Origin: Eledone cirrhosa
Taxonomy: Eukaryota
NCBI GenBank assembly: GCA_964016885.1
Contig: OZ024743.1
Location: 345,216,001 to 345,280,000 of the forward strand
Direction: 5' to 3'
DNA: 64,000 nt
Part shown: piece after piece, positions 26,920 through 40,394 of the stretch
Numbering within the stretch: the first letter of the stretch is position 1
Layout of the letters: every line of letters starts with the position of its first letter
Translations under genes and position numbers: made by a program
The notes under the pieces: generated by a model
What the model was told of the DNA's origin: nothing
What the model saw: only the letters and a program-made list of their open reading frames with translations
Databases searched by the model: none

Positions 26920-27113
26920 AGCAAAATGTTTGACCCCGACGGCAGAGCTCAACCCGTTTCGACGGCTATTTCTGGGTCCAGAAATACCCGACGAAACGGC
27001 TTGAGCTCTGCCGTCGGGGTCAAACATTTTCCTTTTACCCACTCTACTATCCTAAGTATTGAGTACTCTGGTGCATTATGGTCCATCTGGTTCCTTACCA
27101 CACTTCCTTCGTT
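26920..27113 (+). mobile_element. Family A fold-back element, copy 3
   Basis: Palindrome centred on GCTATTTCTGGGTCCAGAAATA; tail to the right ending CCTTCGT(TA)n. Confidence 0.85.
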
Positions 27114-27409
27114 ATATATATATATATGTGGGGGGGGGGGGCGTGTGTACGTGTGTGCCCGCGTGTATATGTTTGTTCGTGTATATGATTTTATGAAGAG
27201 AAGAAGAATCGTATATATAGGTAGAATACAAGAGGAAAGAAGTTGAAGAGGTTTATGTTATAGATATTGGTGTAGCAACACAGCTACATCTATAACATCA
27301 CGTGGTTTACACTGTAATTGTATGTACTATCTTTTCATGAACGGGCATCACTGTTTGGTGGAATTCTTCCATTTTCCAGCCAACATATCCGAAGATTCCG
27401 AATAAAGTG

Positions 27410-28020
27410 ACATTATTCTACATATACTTTAGGTAGCTGGATTGGCAGTATCGGTAGAGGGTCGGACACCATGTTTTGCAGCACAGTTACGTCCCTTTAC
27501 GGACTGAGTTCAAATCCCGCCGAGGTTAACTTTGCCTTTCATCCTTACGGGGTCGATAAAATAAAATACCAGTAATGTACTGGGTATTTTCTGGCCTTGT
27601 GCCAAAAGTAGAAACAATTATTCTATATATACTTTATTTCATCGACCCCGTAGGAAAGGCAAAGTTAACCTCGACGGGACTTTACGGTCTGAGTTCAAAT
27701 CACGTCGAGGTTAACTTTGCCTTTCATCCTGAAGGTTCTATCAAATAAAGTACCAGTAATGTACTAGGTATTTGATGACCTTGTGCCAAAAGTAGAAACA
27801 ATTATTCTATATATTATGGTCGTGGATTGGCAGTGTCGGTAGAGCGTCAGACACCCTGTTTTGTAGCAAAGAGTTATGGCCCTTTATGTTCTGAGTACAA
27901 ATCCCTCCGAAGTTAAATTTGCCTTTTATCCTTACGGGGTCGATAAAATAAAGCAGCAGTGATGCACTGGGGTAATTGCTGGCCTTGTGCCAAAAGTATA
28001 AACAATTATTCTATATATTA
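27410..28020 (+). mobile_element. Tandem cluster of three Meta-like SINEs; the middle copy has a 5' inversion
   Basis: Copies at ~27435-27620, 27630-27803 and 27818-28007, each bounded by ATTATTCTA(T/C)ATA. 27630-27680 is an inverted copy of the core. Confidence 0.85.
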
Positions 28021-28799
28021 CGTCTCTAATCTCTTTATTATTCTAGCAAAATAATCTAATACTAGCCTTCTAACATTCTAACCGTATCACATGTGAGTTG
28101 TCGAATCCAAATATATTCTAATCCATTAATCTTACATAAACTGACTGACCCTTGTAAAACAACGAATGTTTGCAGGACATATACATATATACATCATACC
28201 GAAGTCAGGAGATTTGTAGCTAACACAAAGTGTTTCAGACATAATATTGTATATAAGATTGATTAGAACCCGACTAAATGAGTCAATGTTTTTTCAGGAA
28301 GCCTCGGGTTTGTGCTCTGTACGTTGACGGAAAATGCCATTAAAAAAGACCTAAATTATGTTTTTTTATGATTGTCCGCGTATGGCGTATTGTCCACGTA
28401 TCATGTCCATTAAGAAACACACTCCTAATTTTCTCTGGAACACTCAGTGGATTTATTAATCACCAATCGATGAAAGAAGCTTCTCGAAAACAATGAGAAA
28501 TCTCATTAGAAATTATAATTAAAAAATGGTTGATTGGAATGAATCTTGTTATAATTAACGAACGAAAAATCTTTAATCAGAAAATGAAAAGTAATATAAT
28601 CTTTGTCACCATGTACAAAGAACAAACAAAAAAAAATTGAGGTCAGTGCTACGCCATCATGTTAGGGTTGTTAATATCCACCGCGGGTCATAACCTACAC
28701 AGTTGTGTGTAAGTGTACCTTTGTATTTCTAGGCAAAGATTCATTTATATGATTATGTAAGTATGTTTGATAGTGTGTAAACAAGTGAATGCTGATGTG

Positions 28800-28897
<98 letters not shown>

Positions 28898-29398
28898 TCC
28901 TCATGTGTGTGAATATGTATTTGTTTATATATAAATGGACAAATTACTGATATTTCGTATGATGGTAAAAGTGGCCGAGAGATAGATATAGATAAGTAGA
29001 TGGGTAATCATGTGGAGTGACAGTGACACAGTGGGCTATCTGGAATAAATATGATCAGGAGTGGAAGTGAGGGAGAGAAAGATGGAGGTAGAAAAAGATG
29101 GAAAGATAATTTGAGAGGCAGAAATTGGGTGAAAGACTGTAACATATCCAGAAGGTAGCATATAAGGGACAGAACAATAACGTTTGGAGGAAACAGAAGA
29201 TGATGATAATTACGGAAATGCATGTGACAGAAGAGGATAAAGAAGATAACGGAGAGGAAAAACAGCAAAATAATTTATAAAAATAAAAATAACAGCAACA
29301 ACAGTCGCAACACCATTACTACAACCAATAACAACAAAACAATATGATAATAACAATAACAACAACAACAAAAACAACAACAATGCTAATAATAATGA

Positions 29399-32310
29399 TT
29401 TCATTTATTAGCCACAAGGGCCGACATGTGGGGGACAATACAAAGACAGGGATAGTGGGGGTTTACAATAAGGTCGAGTAAAAGTGCACAATGGCAAGAC
29501 TAATTTAACAATGAAAATATAAAAATATAAAATAAACTATGCATAAATATAACAAAATAAATTCCCCAATAGGGGGTGGACGACCCTGGGGTGACTCGGG
29601 TACCCCACCAATCCTGAACCACCCCGAACTTCTAGGGCACCCAGGGAGAGCACCCCTCTCCTCAAGTTAGCTAGCCTATAGGCGCATGGCCAGAGTAGGC
29701 CCATTCACACGAGCCATTCTCGCCACATTCACCCACCTTTCAGCAAATGTACTGGGGGGCAGCACTTCTCTCTCCGCCCTCGCCTTCCTTTCCAGGTGAA
29801 ACTTGAAGAAGTTGATGAGGGATTGGCCGAAGAGAAAAGTGTCTGTCTTCAGTCCTTTTAACCTGGTCCACCATATAACCTCTTTCGCAACTGCCAACAG
29901 ACAGAGGAAAATTTCCTGCTTTTCCTGACCTAAGGAAGGTGGTGGATCGATCTTCACTATGGACTCGGCCGATAGCCGGATTCGTTCCACACGCGACAGT
30001 AGCTGTTCGAAATAACTCCACAAGTCCATCGTCCCCGGCTCAAAAGTTCTCCGGTACAGACTGGTCAGTTCGACTTTGTCGAGGCCCAAAGCGTCTCCGA
30101 GTGCGTCATCGCACTTGCCCACCTCTAATCCTCTATAGAACTCGAGAGTGGAAGTTCCACTGATCGCATTGCCCGCTTGGTATAGGGCAATGAGTGCCTG
30201 GCAACATTCCAGGTGCCAGTCACCCAGTCTCGGTCTCCTCTTGACACAGGAGTGCAGCTCAGTCAAAGAAATGAGCTGCGGAAAGGCCTGTCTGATAAAC
30301 GGCGACCACAACTGTTCACCGTTGAAGCAGAATATCTGGAGATGTCGCAGCCTCAACGCATGTCTGCGCATCGTTAGCCACGGCATGCCCAGCCCTCCGC
30401 GTAGAGGGTGCTGGCAGCAGATGGACCGCTTCACCAACGGAACTTATCCTCTCCACAAGAATTTGAAGCGGAGCCCTTCCAACTTGACGAGGCGCGGACG
30501 GGGGCAAGGCACGACGGTCAGGCGATAGTAGATGACGGACGCGATGTACGCATTCGCCACCTCCGCGCGATCTTTCAGTGGTAGCTTCCTCCCAGCTCAT
30601 TTCTAGGTGAGACTGGCTACTCTGCTCGTTACCTCGTCTCAATTCTTTTCCACCTGGAGGTCTGGTCCGAACCAAACCCCGAGCAACTTTACCGGTCAGT
30701 CCGTCCAGCGCCCCACGACGCTGTTAGACGGCATGGGCTTGCCTCTCCAGGTCCCGAGCTGCAAGCCCACCGACTTTTCCAGGTTAAGTTTGGCTCCTGT
30801 CAACCTTTCATATTCCTTCAATAAGGTTCCGACCACCTCGATTTCTGAGGTGTTCGACACCATCACCGTGATGTCGTCCGCATAAGCCAACACCGCCTTT
30901 CCACGTCCCGGTTCGAGCGGGATGTCCTGCAACAGCTCCAGCTTCCGCAGTAAATGCTCGAGAGTCAATACGTACAGAAGGGAAGAGAGAGGGCACCCTT
31001 GACGGACCGATCGGGAGAGCCGAAATGGTTCCGAGAGGTGGCCATTAACCTTGACCACCGAGCGTGTGCCGCTGTGCATTGCAATGATCTAGCTTCTGAA
31101 GACAGGGCCGAAGCCAGCTGCTTTGAGGACAAACTCCAGATACCGATGGTCGACCCTATCGAATGCTTTCGATTGATCTAAATTTATCAGTGCCCCACCG
31201 AAGGCAGGTTTACACCCTACCCTCTCTATGATGTATCGCATGAGGTGGAGATTGTCGTGTATGGACCTGGCTGGGATTGCGCAAGTTTGCGCCTCCCCAA
31301 CCAAATCCTCGACGACAAGCGCCAATCTCTTTGCTAATACCTTGGCCAAAATCTTAAACTCTGTGTTGAGCAGAGTTATGGGCCTAAAGTTGTCTAATGT
31401 ATCCCTCTTGTTCTCGTCTTTCCTTATCAGCGTCACCACTCCCCTGCTCACAGAACTGGGAATACTCCCATTCTGCTGCCAGTTGCAGTAAAGTGCTTCG
31501 AGGAGTTCGGAGAACAAGTCTGCCATATTTACGTAAAGCTCGTAGGGCAAGCCATCCAAACCGGGTGACTTGCGCCTTATGCAGCCGACATGGGCGTCCT
31601 GAATTTCGGCTGAAGTAATCGGCCTTTCGCAGCGCTCAGCATCGACCATCGAGATGCGCGGCAAGCCGTCAAGGTAGGGTCTGAAATCCGCTACTCTCTC
31701 TGACTCGCTACTCTCCCTGAACAACCGAGCAAAGTGCTTGCGAAAGGCCTCACACATCCGCTTGGAATCGCTTATTTCGTGTCCGTCTCGGTCCGCCAAA
31801 GACCGAATTGTGGTTTTATTACCACGCTGCGCCTCCGCCACGCGGGCCCATCGAACAGCTTTGATTCCCTCGTTTCTCAGCGCACGCGCCTTAGCTCTGA
31901 CAATGCAACCTTCGTGTTTCGCATTGAAGAAATGGTCTAATGCCATTCTCGCCGCTAGCACATCAGTTGCAATGCCACTACAAATAGCCTCGTCTAACTT
32001 ATCTACCAGCTCCCCCTCCTTTCTATTTTTCTCTAACGCTATTTCTTTGCTGAACACTATCGAAGTTACTCTAATCTCTCTTTTGAGAGCCTCCCACCAT
32101 CTGTTGTTGATGATCCCCCTGTCAACTTTTGCTTAACTAAATTGTTGACTCGGTCCCTGTAAGCCTTACGTGCCGGAAATGACATTTTCAGCTTCCAGTA
32201 ACCCGGTCCAAACCTACGCGTTTTATCTAGGTCGACCGTACAGATCACAAATTTGTGATCTGAATAGGCGACCGCTTTAAAAAGTGGGCAGCCCACACTA
32301 TTTCTATCTA
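29399..32310 (-). mobile_element. Tx1/L1-clade LINE, 5'-truncated, frameshifted ORF2
   Basis: YSDHK and GPGYWKL (endonuclease end), SPGLDGLPYE, FRPITLLN, DQSKAFDRVDH, RQGCPLS, YADD, GGLG; AATAAA 3' end; ~30-bp TSD CAAAAACAACAACAATG-TAA-AATAAT (29369-29398 / 32311-32340). Confidence 0.95.
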
Positions 32311-32332
32311 CAAAAACAACAACAATGATAAA

Positions 32333-32365
<33 letters not shown>

Positions 32366-32368
<3 letters not shown>

Positions 32369-32722
32369 TGTGGATGTGGATGTGGCCTGCCCATTCGACA
32401 CGAGAGTGCAAGAGAAGGAGAGGGAGAAAATTAACCGATACCAGGACTTAAACTGGGAGGTAAAAAGGATTTGGAACTGCCATGAAGTCAAAGTGGTCCC
32501 GATTGTCATAGGCGCACTAGGTACTATCTCAAAAAGTTTCCAGGGATGGTTAAAGAAAATTGGCCCCGCCACGCTTTTTGGAACGCTTCAAAAGGCATGC
32601 TTGCTGGGAACAGCAAGAACACTCCGATACGTCCTGAATATCTGAGGCTGCAGGTAGTGGCTTGATATTCATTTCAACAAACTTTCCAGTTAACTATCAT
32701 CAATGACTGAGACTCAAAAAAT
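32366..32722 (+). mobile_element. R4/Dong-type RLE retrotransposon 3' end in (TAA)n
   Basis: DVACPFD...EKINRYQDL...VVPIVIGALG...LQKACLLGTARTLRYVL is the restriction-like endonuclease C-terminus; AAT repeats on both flanks. Confidence 0.9.
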
Positions 32723-32724
32723 AA

Positions 32725-32912
32725 TAATTGTTTCTACTTTAGGCACAAGGCCAGCAAATACCCAGTGCATTACTGGTACTTTATTTTATCGACCCTTTAA
32801 GGATGAAAGGCAAAGTCAACCTCGGCGGGATTTGAACTCAGATCGTAAAGAGACGTAACTATGCTGGAAATCATGGCGTCCGACCCTCTACCGATACTGC
32901 CAATACACCGAC
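32725..32912 (-). mobile_element. Meta-like tRNA SINE
   Basis: Reverse complement of the SINE family at 27435 and 42547. Confidence 0.8.
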
Positions 32913-35385
32913 TCAAAGAATAATAATAATAGTAATAATGATAATAATAATAATAATAATGATAACAATATGGAGAGAGAGGAAGTGGTCCAAAGAAATT
33001 AGAGTGTCTTACTTGATCCAATGTCTTGCAGCAAGTGTGAGGTATAGATATAATTCTCAAGATCTAAAAGTTTCACATATGATGGCCCTAGTAAGAAAGA
33101 TTACCGCATATGTCTCGGTAAATATAGGAATTCGGTCGTTAAGGGAGAAGGAGTAATATTTGCAAAGAAAGGAGGTGAGGGGGATCTTTTTTTTCTTATT
33201 AGAATTACTTACACTGATTTGGAAGTCATGTCGCCTATAGGGAAAGTTACTGTTATCAAATGACCTGCAAGAACCATTATTATCACTAACACCATTATCA
33301 CCCATAACTCCGAGACTATCCCCAACACCACCAACACAAACAGAATCGCCACCAATACAATCGCCATCATTATAAACACAATGGCAAATAAAACTCCCAA
33401 CACTATTTCTACCAGTAACATCACCGCTAATACCGCAATCTTCTTAAGTGCTCTTTCTACCTCCATCATCAACAATATCACAAGCACTACCACTAAACAA
33501 TATCACCAAACGTTTCTATTCCACACGTATGTTTCACAGCAGCACTCAACATCCAAACAAAACCAAAGAAAGATTTTCTCGTATGAAATTTGAATAGAAA
33601 TAACCTAAGTAAGTTTAGATTCTAACAAACCTCTAAATTTAAACAGATGCATTCACAATAATAGCAAAACTACAAAGAATTAAAATGGAATATTCCAAAA
33701 GTAATATATATAGTGAAAAAATATGAGTTATAAAACTTCAAAAATAATAAGATTGAGATTGTAAATCACAAGCGTATGTAGGCTAAAAGACTTACCAAGA
33801 AGACGAAGGAGGAAAGGATGAAGTAGAAAAAGAAAGAAAGAAAAAAGAAATAGAAAAAGAAGGGAAGAAAAAGAAGGAGAATAACAAGAACAACAAAGTA
33901 AAACACAAATATCAATGACGTCCTCAACAACAACTAAAGTAAAAACAACTACTGCAACAATAAAAACAATAGCAATGGAAACTAAATGAACAAATGCGTT
34001 CAAATTTCGGTTATAACATTTCAAATCTGTTTAGGGCATTAAGGGGAGTGTTGTTACTTGACGAAAACTTTCCATGAATGAGTGAACTGTCAAAATGTGT
34101 GTAGATATATCATGTATACTTTGTTTATAAGGTTTTTGTAAAGATATAAAGATTCTGTAAAATGTGTAATAATAACAACAGCAACAACTACGACGTTTTT
34201 ATGCAAGGACTTAAATTCCAATGATTCCTATGATCATGGGACAATAATTTATCTTTACTGTGAATATAGTTTCTACATAAATACATCGATTCAGTTGTCC
34301 TTTCCAACACCATGTTTCAAAGATGTGACGGTCTTACCAAGCTAGAGATGTTTATCAGCTGAACAGGCAAAATCAGTCAATCACTATGAAGGTTGAGTTA
34401 CCAGTGATCTCTAAATTCGATGCCCAGCCATTTATCTGTTCAGTATATTTCTCCCTTTTTCCACATACCGCTGCGTGTCCCTCAGCACAGCACTATCATT
34501 GAGTTGATTCAATCATTTCTTAGTCATGCATGTTTTACCTATCTTCTTAGTAATGAAATGTTATATAGATGAGAGATCTTCCAAGTGTGATAACTATCAG
34601 TTATATCATGTCAGTCAAGGTATCCAGACTTTACATCAACAGGGCAGCTTGACAGCATGTTTTTAAGTGTCTCCTTTTATGTCAGATAGACCCCATTGGT
34701 CGATCTAGATTTTTCCGATTGGATTTTGTCAGAAAATACTGGAATTCTGTTCGAAATTATCAGATTCCTGTGTCTTTGTGTAGAGACCAGCTTAACGAAC
34801 ACGGTTAAATATCTGACCAAGCTAGTCGCTTTGGGAACTGTTCATGTAAATATCTTATTTCCGAGCTTTCAATCGATTCCTGCTTGTCATCTTTAGCATT
34901 AACTGTGGTTGATATTTTTCTGTTGCGTAGTGTATTAGATATAATATTTTTTTTCTAAATTTCACACATTCTGGATATTGTATAATTTCTGTGCTTTTTC
35001 ACATTTCCTCACATTTTTAATATTCCATATTTTGTTCATGTCTGTCCTTTTGTTTTTAACTGAAAAACAAATATAAATGGCTTCTAAAGCTAGATATGTG
35101 AAAGTACTGGAGTATTCCTTTCTGAGATATTTTTCTATTCAGTATAGTGAAGTTTTTTCTAGAAGTAGGTACCGAGAAATCAGAGTTCAGCGAAAATTTC
35201 TCAAATTTCTCAAATTTCTCAGAGTTCAGCGAAAATTTCTCAAATTACCCGATATGAGATTTAGTTTATTAAAATTTAATTACAAAAATCATCATATATT
35301 TTGTTTTATATGTAGAAATTCACACTAAAACAATTAATATTTCATCTAATGTTTTCTTAAAATTCGGGAGGTGGAGACTGTCCGT

Positions 35386-35471
35386 AAAATATAGAAGGTG
35401 GAGATTGTCCGTAAAATATAGAATGTTTTATTAAAAAAAAGGGAGGTGGAGATTGTGCGTAAAATATAGAT
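35386..35471. repeat. 27-nt minisatellite, three units
   Basis: AGGTGGAGA(C/T)TGT(C/G)CGTAAAATATAGA repeated. Confidence 0.8.
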
Positions 35472-36109
35472 ATGGATTATGATCTCGACAACAACGACGA
35501 TAGTGATAATGCTGTTGTTTAGCATCAGTTTTGATCCAGCAGACATCCTTGAACTGACCATACCGCTATTTGTATTCAGACGCAATGTAACTAATGTGTC
35601 ATTGTATATTTATGTTTTTTACGAAAGTTGAGTATGTAAATGAAGGCGTATTTCGCTACCAATTCTAGTACGTTAAGTGACAACACAGAAACTTTCACAT
35701 TAGTTTGGCAATCATGTGCTGGTTGGTAGTAATAGTTATGATTGCTTTAGCTGTGTTAGCTATAATGGCTCCCTTTTGTCATTGCTAATGTATGCTTATA
35801 TATGCATAAAACATACCTTTTATTAGGGGAAACAGCAGTATTGGCAGTTTTAAGCAATCCCATCATGGATCCTGGAGCAGACTTGAAATAGTTTTGATTG
35901 CAGTCTCTTATTCTAATTCATGTGTGTGCCCGTAATAGAAGTGTTAGTGCCTTGTAGTTATTCTCCCAAACATTTAGTTTGGCTCCTTTGTCATTATTAC
36001 TGTTGTTGTTTTAGTTGTAGCTATTATTATTGTTGTTAATATTGGTGTTTTTGTTTAGTCCTACATATATCGCCTCGTGCATACCAGACTTGGCCATTCC
36101 GTTTTTTAT

Positions 36110-37812
36110 ATGTATATCTAAGGCCCTGTCTAGGCCCTTCCCTGGTGCAGATGTCAACAGTGATTATGATTTGGTTCTGATGACACTAAAGCTTAAATTG
36201 AAAACGATTCATAAAATAGGAGCCACATGTATCAGGTCTGATGTAGAATTTGTAAAATCTGATGTAAAATTTGGCTTGCTTCTCACAGACGAAGGCCATG
36301 TCATCAAAATATGGTCTGAGTATATTTAAGACCTTTATAACTAAAACCCCAGATATGACACCAATATCCTGGACAATTCTATCAATAAAAACAAGGAAAT
36401 TGACGATGCTCCAATTCTCCAGGAGGATGTTGAAGAGGCGGTGCACATGCTTAAAGATAGTAAATCCCCAAGAATTGATAACATTCCATCAGAACTCCTA
36501 AACCATGGAGAGTCTAAACTTATCAAGGCACTAACAGTTACCTGTCAGAAGATATGGGAAACAAAGACGTGGCCGAAGGAGTGAACCCAATCACTGTTGA
36601 TACCCAATCCCCTATAAAGAAACTTAAAACTCTGCCAGAACTACAGAATAATCAGCCTAATTAGCCACCCCAGCAAATTATTGCTAAGAGTTCTTCTAAA
36701 CATACTTACGGTAAGGCAGAATAAATCCTGGGAGACGAACAGGTGGGATTCAGACTTAAAAGAAGTACAACAGAGCAGATATTTAACATCAGACTGCTCA
36801 TATCAAATCATCTGCAGAACCAATCTGACCGAGTTTAGCATGAGGCTTTGTGGAAGATGATGAAGGATTACACTTTTTACATCAACCTCAGTGAAACACT
36901 AATCAAAGCAATGTAAGACAAAGCAAGAGTGCAGTTCCCTTGAATATCCACATTAGAAATTTCTTCAGGACAACAGTGGGAGCTAAGACAAGGGTGTTTC
37001 CTTTTTCCTCTGCTTTTCAACATCTTCATGGAAAACATCATGCAAGAGACTCTCAAATGTTTCCATACCTAATTGGCAGATGACCTATTTCCAACCTGCA
37101 ATTTGCTGATGACATTTACTTGTTATGAATCAGTGAAGCAGAACTTAAGGATCTCACTACCAGACTGGAAATAGCATCAGGAGCATATGGAATGGAGATC
37201 AGCTAATAAAAGTGCAAGATTCTGGTTAAAATTAATAATCAGATTACAGCAACCAACACCATGCCGAAGGGAGAAAATGTCGAAGAAGTGGACACCTTCA
37301 AGTGCCTAGAATCCACTCTGACCAAAGACGACAGATCACAAAAAGAGATACTGACAAAATTCGCCGCAGCTATTTTTGCCATGATAAACCTGAATGTCAT
37401 ATAGAAAAGAAACTCCATAAATTTTCCAACGAATCTCAAGCTATACAAGTCCTTGGTGATATCGATTCTTCTGTATGTGTGTGAGAGTTGAACTCTCACA
37501 GCTCACATGGAACGATGAACCAGTCAATCAAGAACACGTGCTTCAGAGGTTTGCTATACATCTCATACACGGAAAAACAACTTTGTCAGGTAGAAAGTTA
37601 ACAAATATGCTGGTAAACAGGAACCACTCCTTGCGATGGGGAAAAAAAGGAAGCTTGCCTCGTCACAACACAACATAGACTAGTCACAACACCGAGACCC
37701 TTCTATGCATGTCGGAAAATAGAGAGCAATGGCAATGACTGACTGCAAAAGCGTCTTTATTAGCACCCCAACGACTGACTGCACCAGTTGTGGGAACATA
37801 ATATTGATGATG
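36110..37812 (+). mobile_element. Degraded RTE LINE ORF
   Basis: PGADVNSDYDLV, WPKE*TQSLLIP, LCQNYRIISLISHPSK, RQGCF, LQFADD, LYKSLVISILLY; many stops and frameshifts. Confidence 0.85.
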
Positions 37813-38400
37813 AGTTCAATATTACCAAATATGTCCTCGTTCCCATCAAATCAAACCCATAGGGTATGATCTTAGTTGGTCATACGCTTAGGTTATGATT
37901 TGAGTGAGATTTGACTACTATTCCTAGTTGCTTTTACGACTATGTAAAGGTTAGCCCTTGTTGTTTCATTGTGTGCGTTGCTTTTGTTGTTTCTTTGATG
38001 ATATTTTAATTGCTGTTGTTAATGGAAGTGATGGTGTTACTGATGTTGGTAGTGTTAATAGTGAAAATGACAGCTTCTACTAACTTTATTAAAGGTAGTA
38101 GAAGCGTTAAGATGCTGGTGATGAAAGTGGCGTCCGGAGCACATTGCTGACTAGACACGTCACCTCCGTGCAATCAAAATTCAGTCCCATTGTGATATGC
38201 ATTGACATTTGGTTTTATAATATTGTTTAGTTTTACACCGTTCTGTTTCATCAATATAAATCAAATTAACTATATTTGAGATTTTATTTGAAATGAAAAA
38301 TAGAAAACAAAAATATTTTTCAATCAGCAAGATGTACGTGGGTGGTGGTAATTGTCGAAGAATTGGGCAAGTATGAGAGATGAAAGACAGTCAGAGGGAG

Positions 38401-38451
<51 letters not shown>

Positions 38452-38502
38452 CTGACAGACATATATATATATATATTTATATATATATATATATATATAT
38501 AT

Positions 38503-38691
38503 AACGAAGGAGATGTGGTAAGGAACCAGATGGACCATAACGCACCAGAGTACTCAATACTTAGGGTAGTAGAGTGGGTAATAGGAAAAAGTATCACCCC
38601 GACGGCAGACCTCAAGCCAATTGGACGGCTATTTCTGGACTGAAATAGCCGTCGAAACGGCTTGAGCTCTGCCGTCGGGGTCATACTTTTT

Positions 38692-38695
<4 letters not shown>
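38503..38695 (-). mobile_element. Family A fold-back element, copy 4
   Basis: Palindrome 38582-38695 centred on GACGGCTATTTC-TGGACT-GAAATAGCCGTC; tail at left; TA flanks. Confidence 0.85.
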
Positions 38696-38729
<34 letters not shown>

Positions 38730-39779
38730 TAAATAGATGTATACATAGATAGATAGATATACAGATAGATGAATAGATATATAGAGATATATAGATAGAT
38801 ATAGATAGATAGATGGATAGAGAGGTAGATTGAAAGATAGATAGAGAAACCTAGAGAGAGAGAGGGGGAGAGAGAGAGAGAGTAAGACATGGGAAGAAAG
38901 AAAACAGTCATCATAAATCAGCAGAAAGCTTGGCCCCACTCTCTTTCCTTCCCCTCCTCACATCCCGCTGGTTCATCTCACATCTCACCATATTATAACC
39001 CCTACCCTTGTATCTCTCACCTCTTCCCCCACCTTCTGCACACTTAAAATAAAAGTAAAAGTTAAAACAAGCCATTTTGAATAAAAAATAAATTAAATCA
39101 AAAAAATTAAAACAAGATGGAGGAAGATTGGTGAAAGAAGGAATCAGGGAAAGATGGAGTAGACAGGGAGTGGTAAACAAGAGGAAGGTGGAGAGTTAAT
39201 TGTGATGGTTGGAGAAGTCAAAATTACAACAACAACAAAGAAAACCCTCCCAAAACAGTAAATGGAATAAGTGCAAATGAAGACCTGGAGTGGATCTTGT
39301 GAGGTGACGTAGTGGAGTGGCATGGCTGTAGTGATCGTGATGATGAGTATCGTAATAGAATTTATGGCGATGTTGGTGGCAGTGGGGGTTATAGTGGTAG
39401 TTACAATGATATTGATAGTAAGTTTAGAGGTAGTGGTAGTGCTGTTTATAATGATGTTCGTGATTATGGAAATGGCTGCGTGACGTTTTTTTTTTTTCGT
39501 TTTTTTTTTGTGGGGTGGGGGTCTGTAATAGTTGCAATGTTTGCAGTGCTAATAGTATTAGTGGTGTATGTGACTGTGGTGATTGTGTTTAGGAGATGGC
39601 GACAATGTTGACAAAGTCAATACCAGTCATGATGCTGATGTGATAGTTGTTGAAAAAATGGGGGTGATGACGGTGGCAATATGGCTGTGATACTTCGGTT
39701 GATGGTGAATTCTTATGAAGATATAATTCTCGTTGGGTATGAGAGTTGGTAGCAACGCGTATGCAGCAGCAGCAGTAAG

Positions 39780-39975
39780 CGATGAATTGGCAGAATCATT
39801 AGAATGTCGATAATGACACTCGGCTCTTTACACTCTAAATTGAAATCTCTCTAAGATTAACTTTGCCTTTCATTTTTCTAGGGTTGATACAGTAAAATAC
39901 CAGTCATGTATTGGTGGCGGCTTCAACGATTCCCTCTCTCCTAAAATTGTTGGCTTGCACAAGAATTCGAAACCG
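39780..39975 (+). mobile_element. Degraded Meta-like SINE
   Basis: GAATTGGCAGAATC...TTAACTTTGCCTTTCAT...GTTGATACAGTAAAATACCAGT. Confidence 0.6.
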
Positions 39976-40321
39976 CTGCCATAACAACCACCACCGCCAT
40001 CAACATCATCGCCATCACCATTGGTAGTAGTAGTAGTAGTAGTAGTAGTAGCAGCAGCAGTAGTGGTAGTAGTAGTAGTTGTAGTTAGGTGTAGTCATTT
40101 TCTTTGTTCACAAGAGTAGTAGCATTTGAATTTGTGAAGGTTGTGAATTGCTTGTTAAATTGACTGAAGAAAGAGTCCAGATGTCAGTATAAATTCTACA
40201 ACCACTACGACTTTTACACGAAAATGTTTCCATATCATTTCTAACCCTACACATTCATTACCCTTAAAACATCTCCATGCCTCTCCGCAGCGGCTGAACA
40301 CCCTACCATCATAGCAAGCAT

Positions 40322-40394
<73 letters not shown>

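Noticed and set aside
34290-34900. Possible decayed LINE 3' end on the minus strand
   Set aside because: Only faint motif resemblance, insufficient to assign.
38615-38660. SECIS element in the family A hairpin (Naiad-like selenoprotein PLE)
   Set aside because: No AUGA/GA quartet with a correctly spaced apical AA motif is visible.
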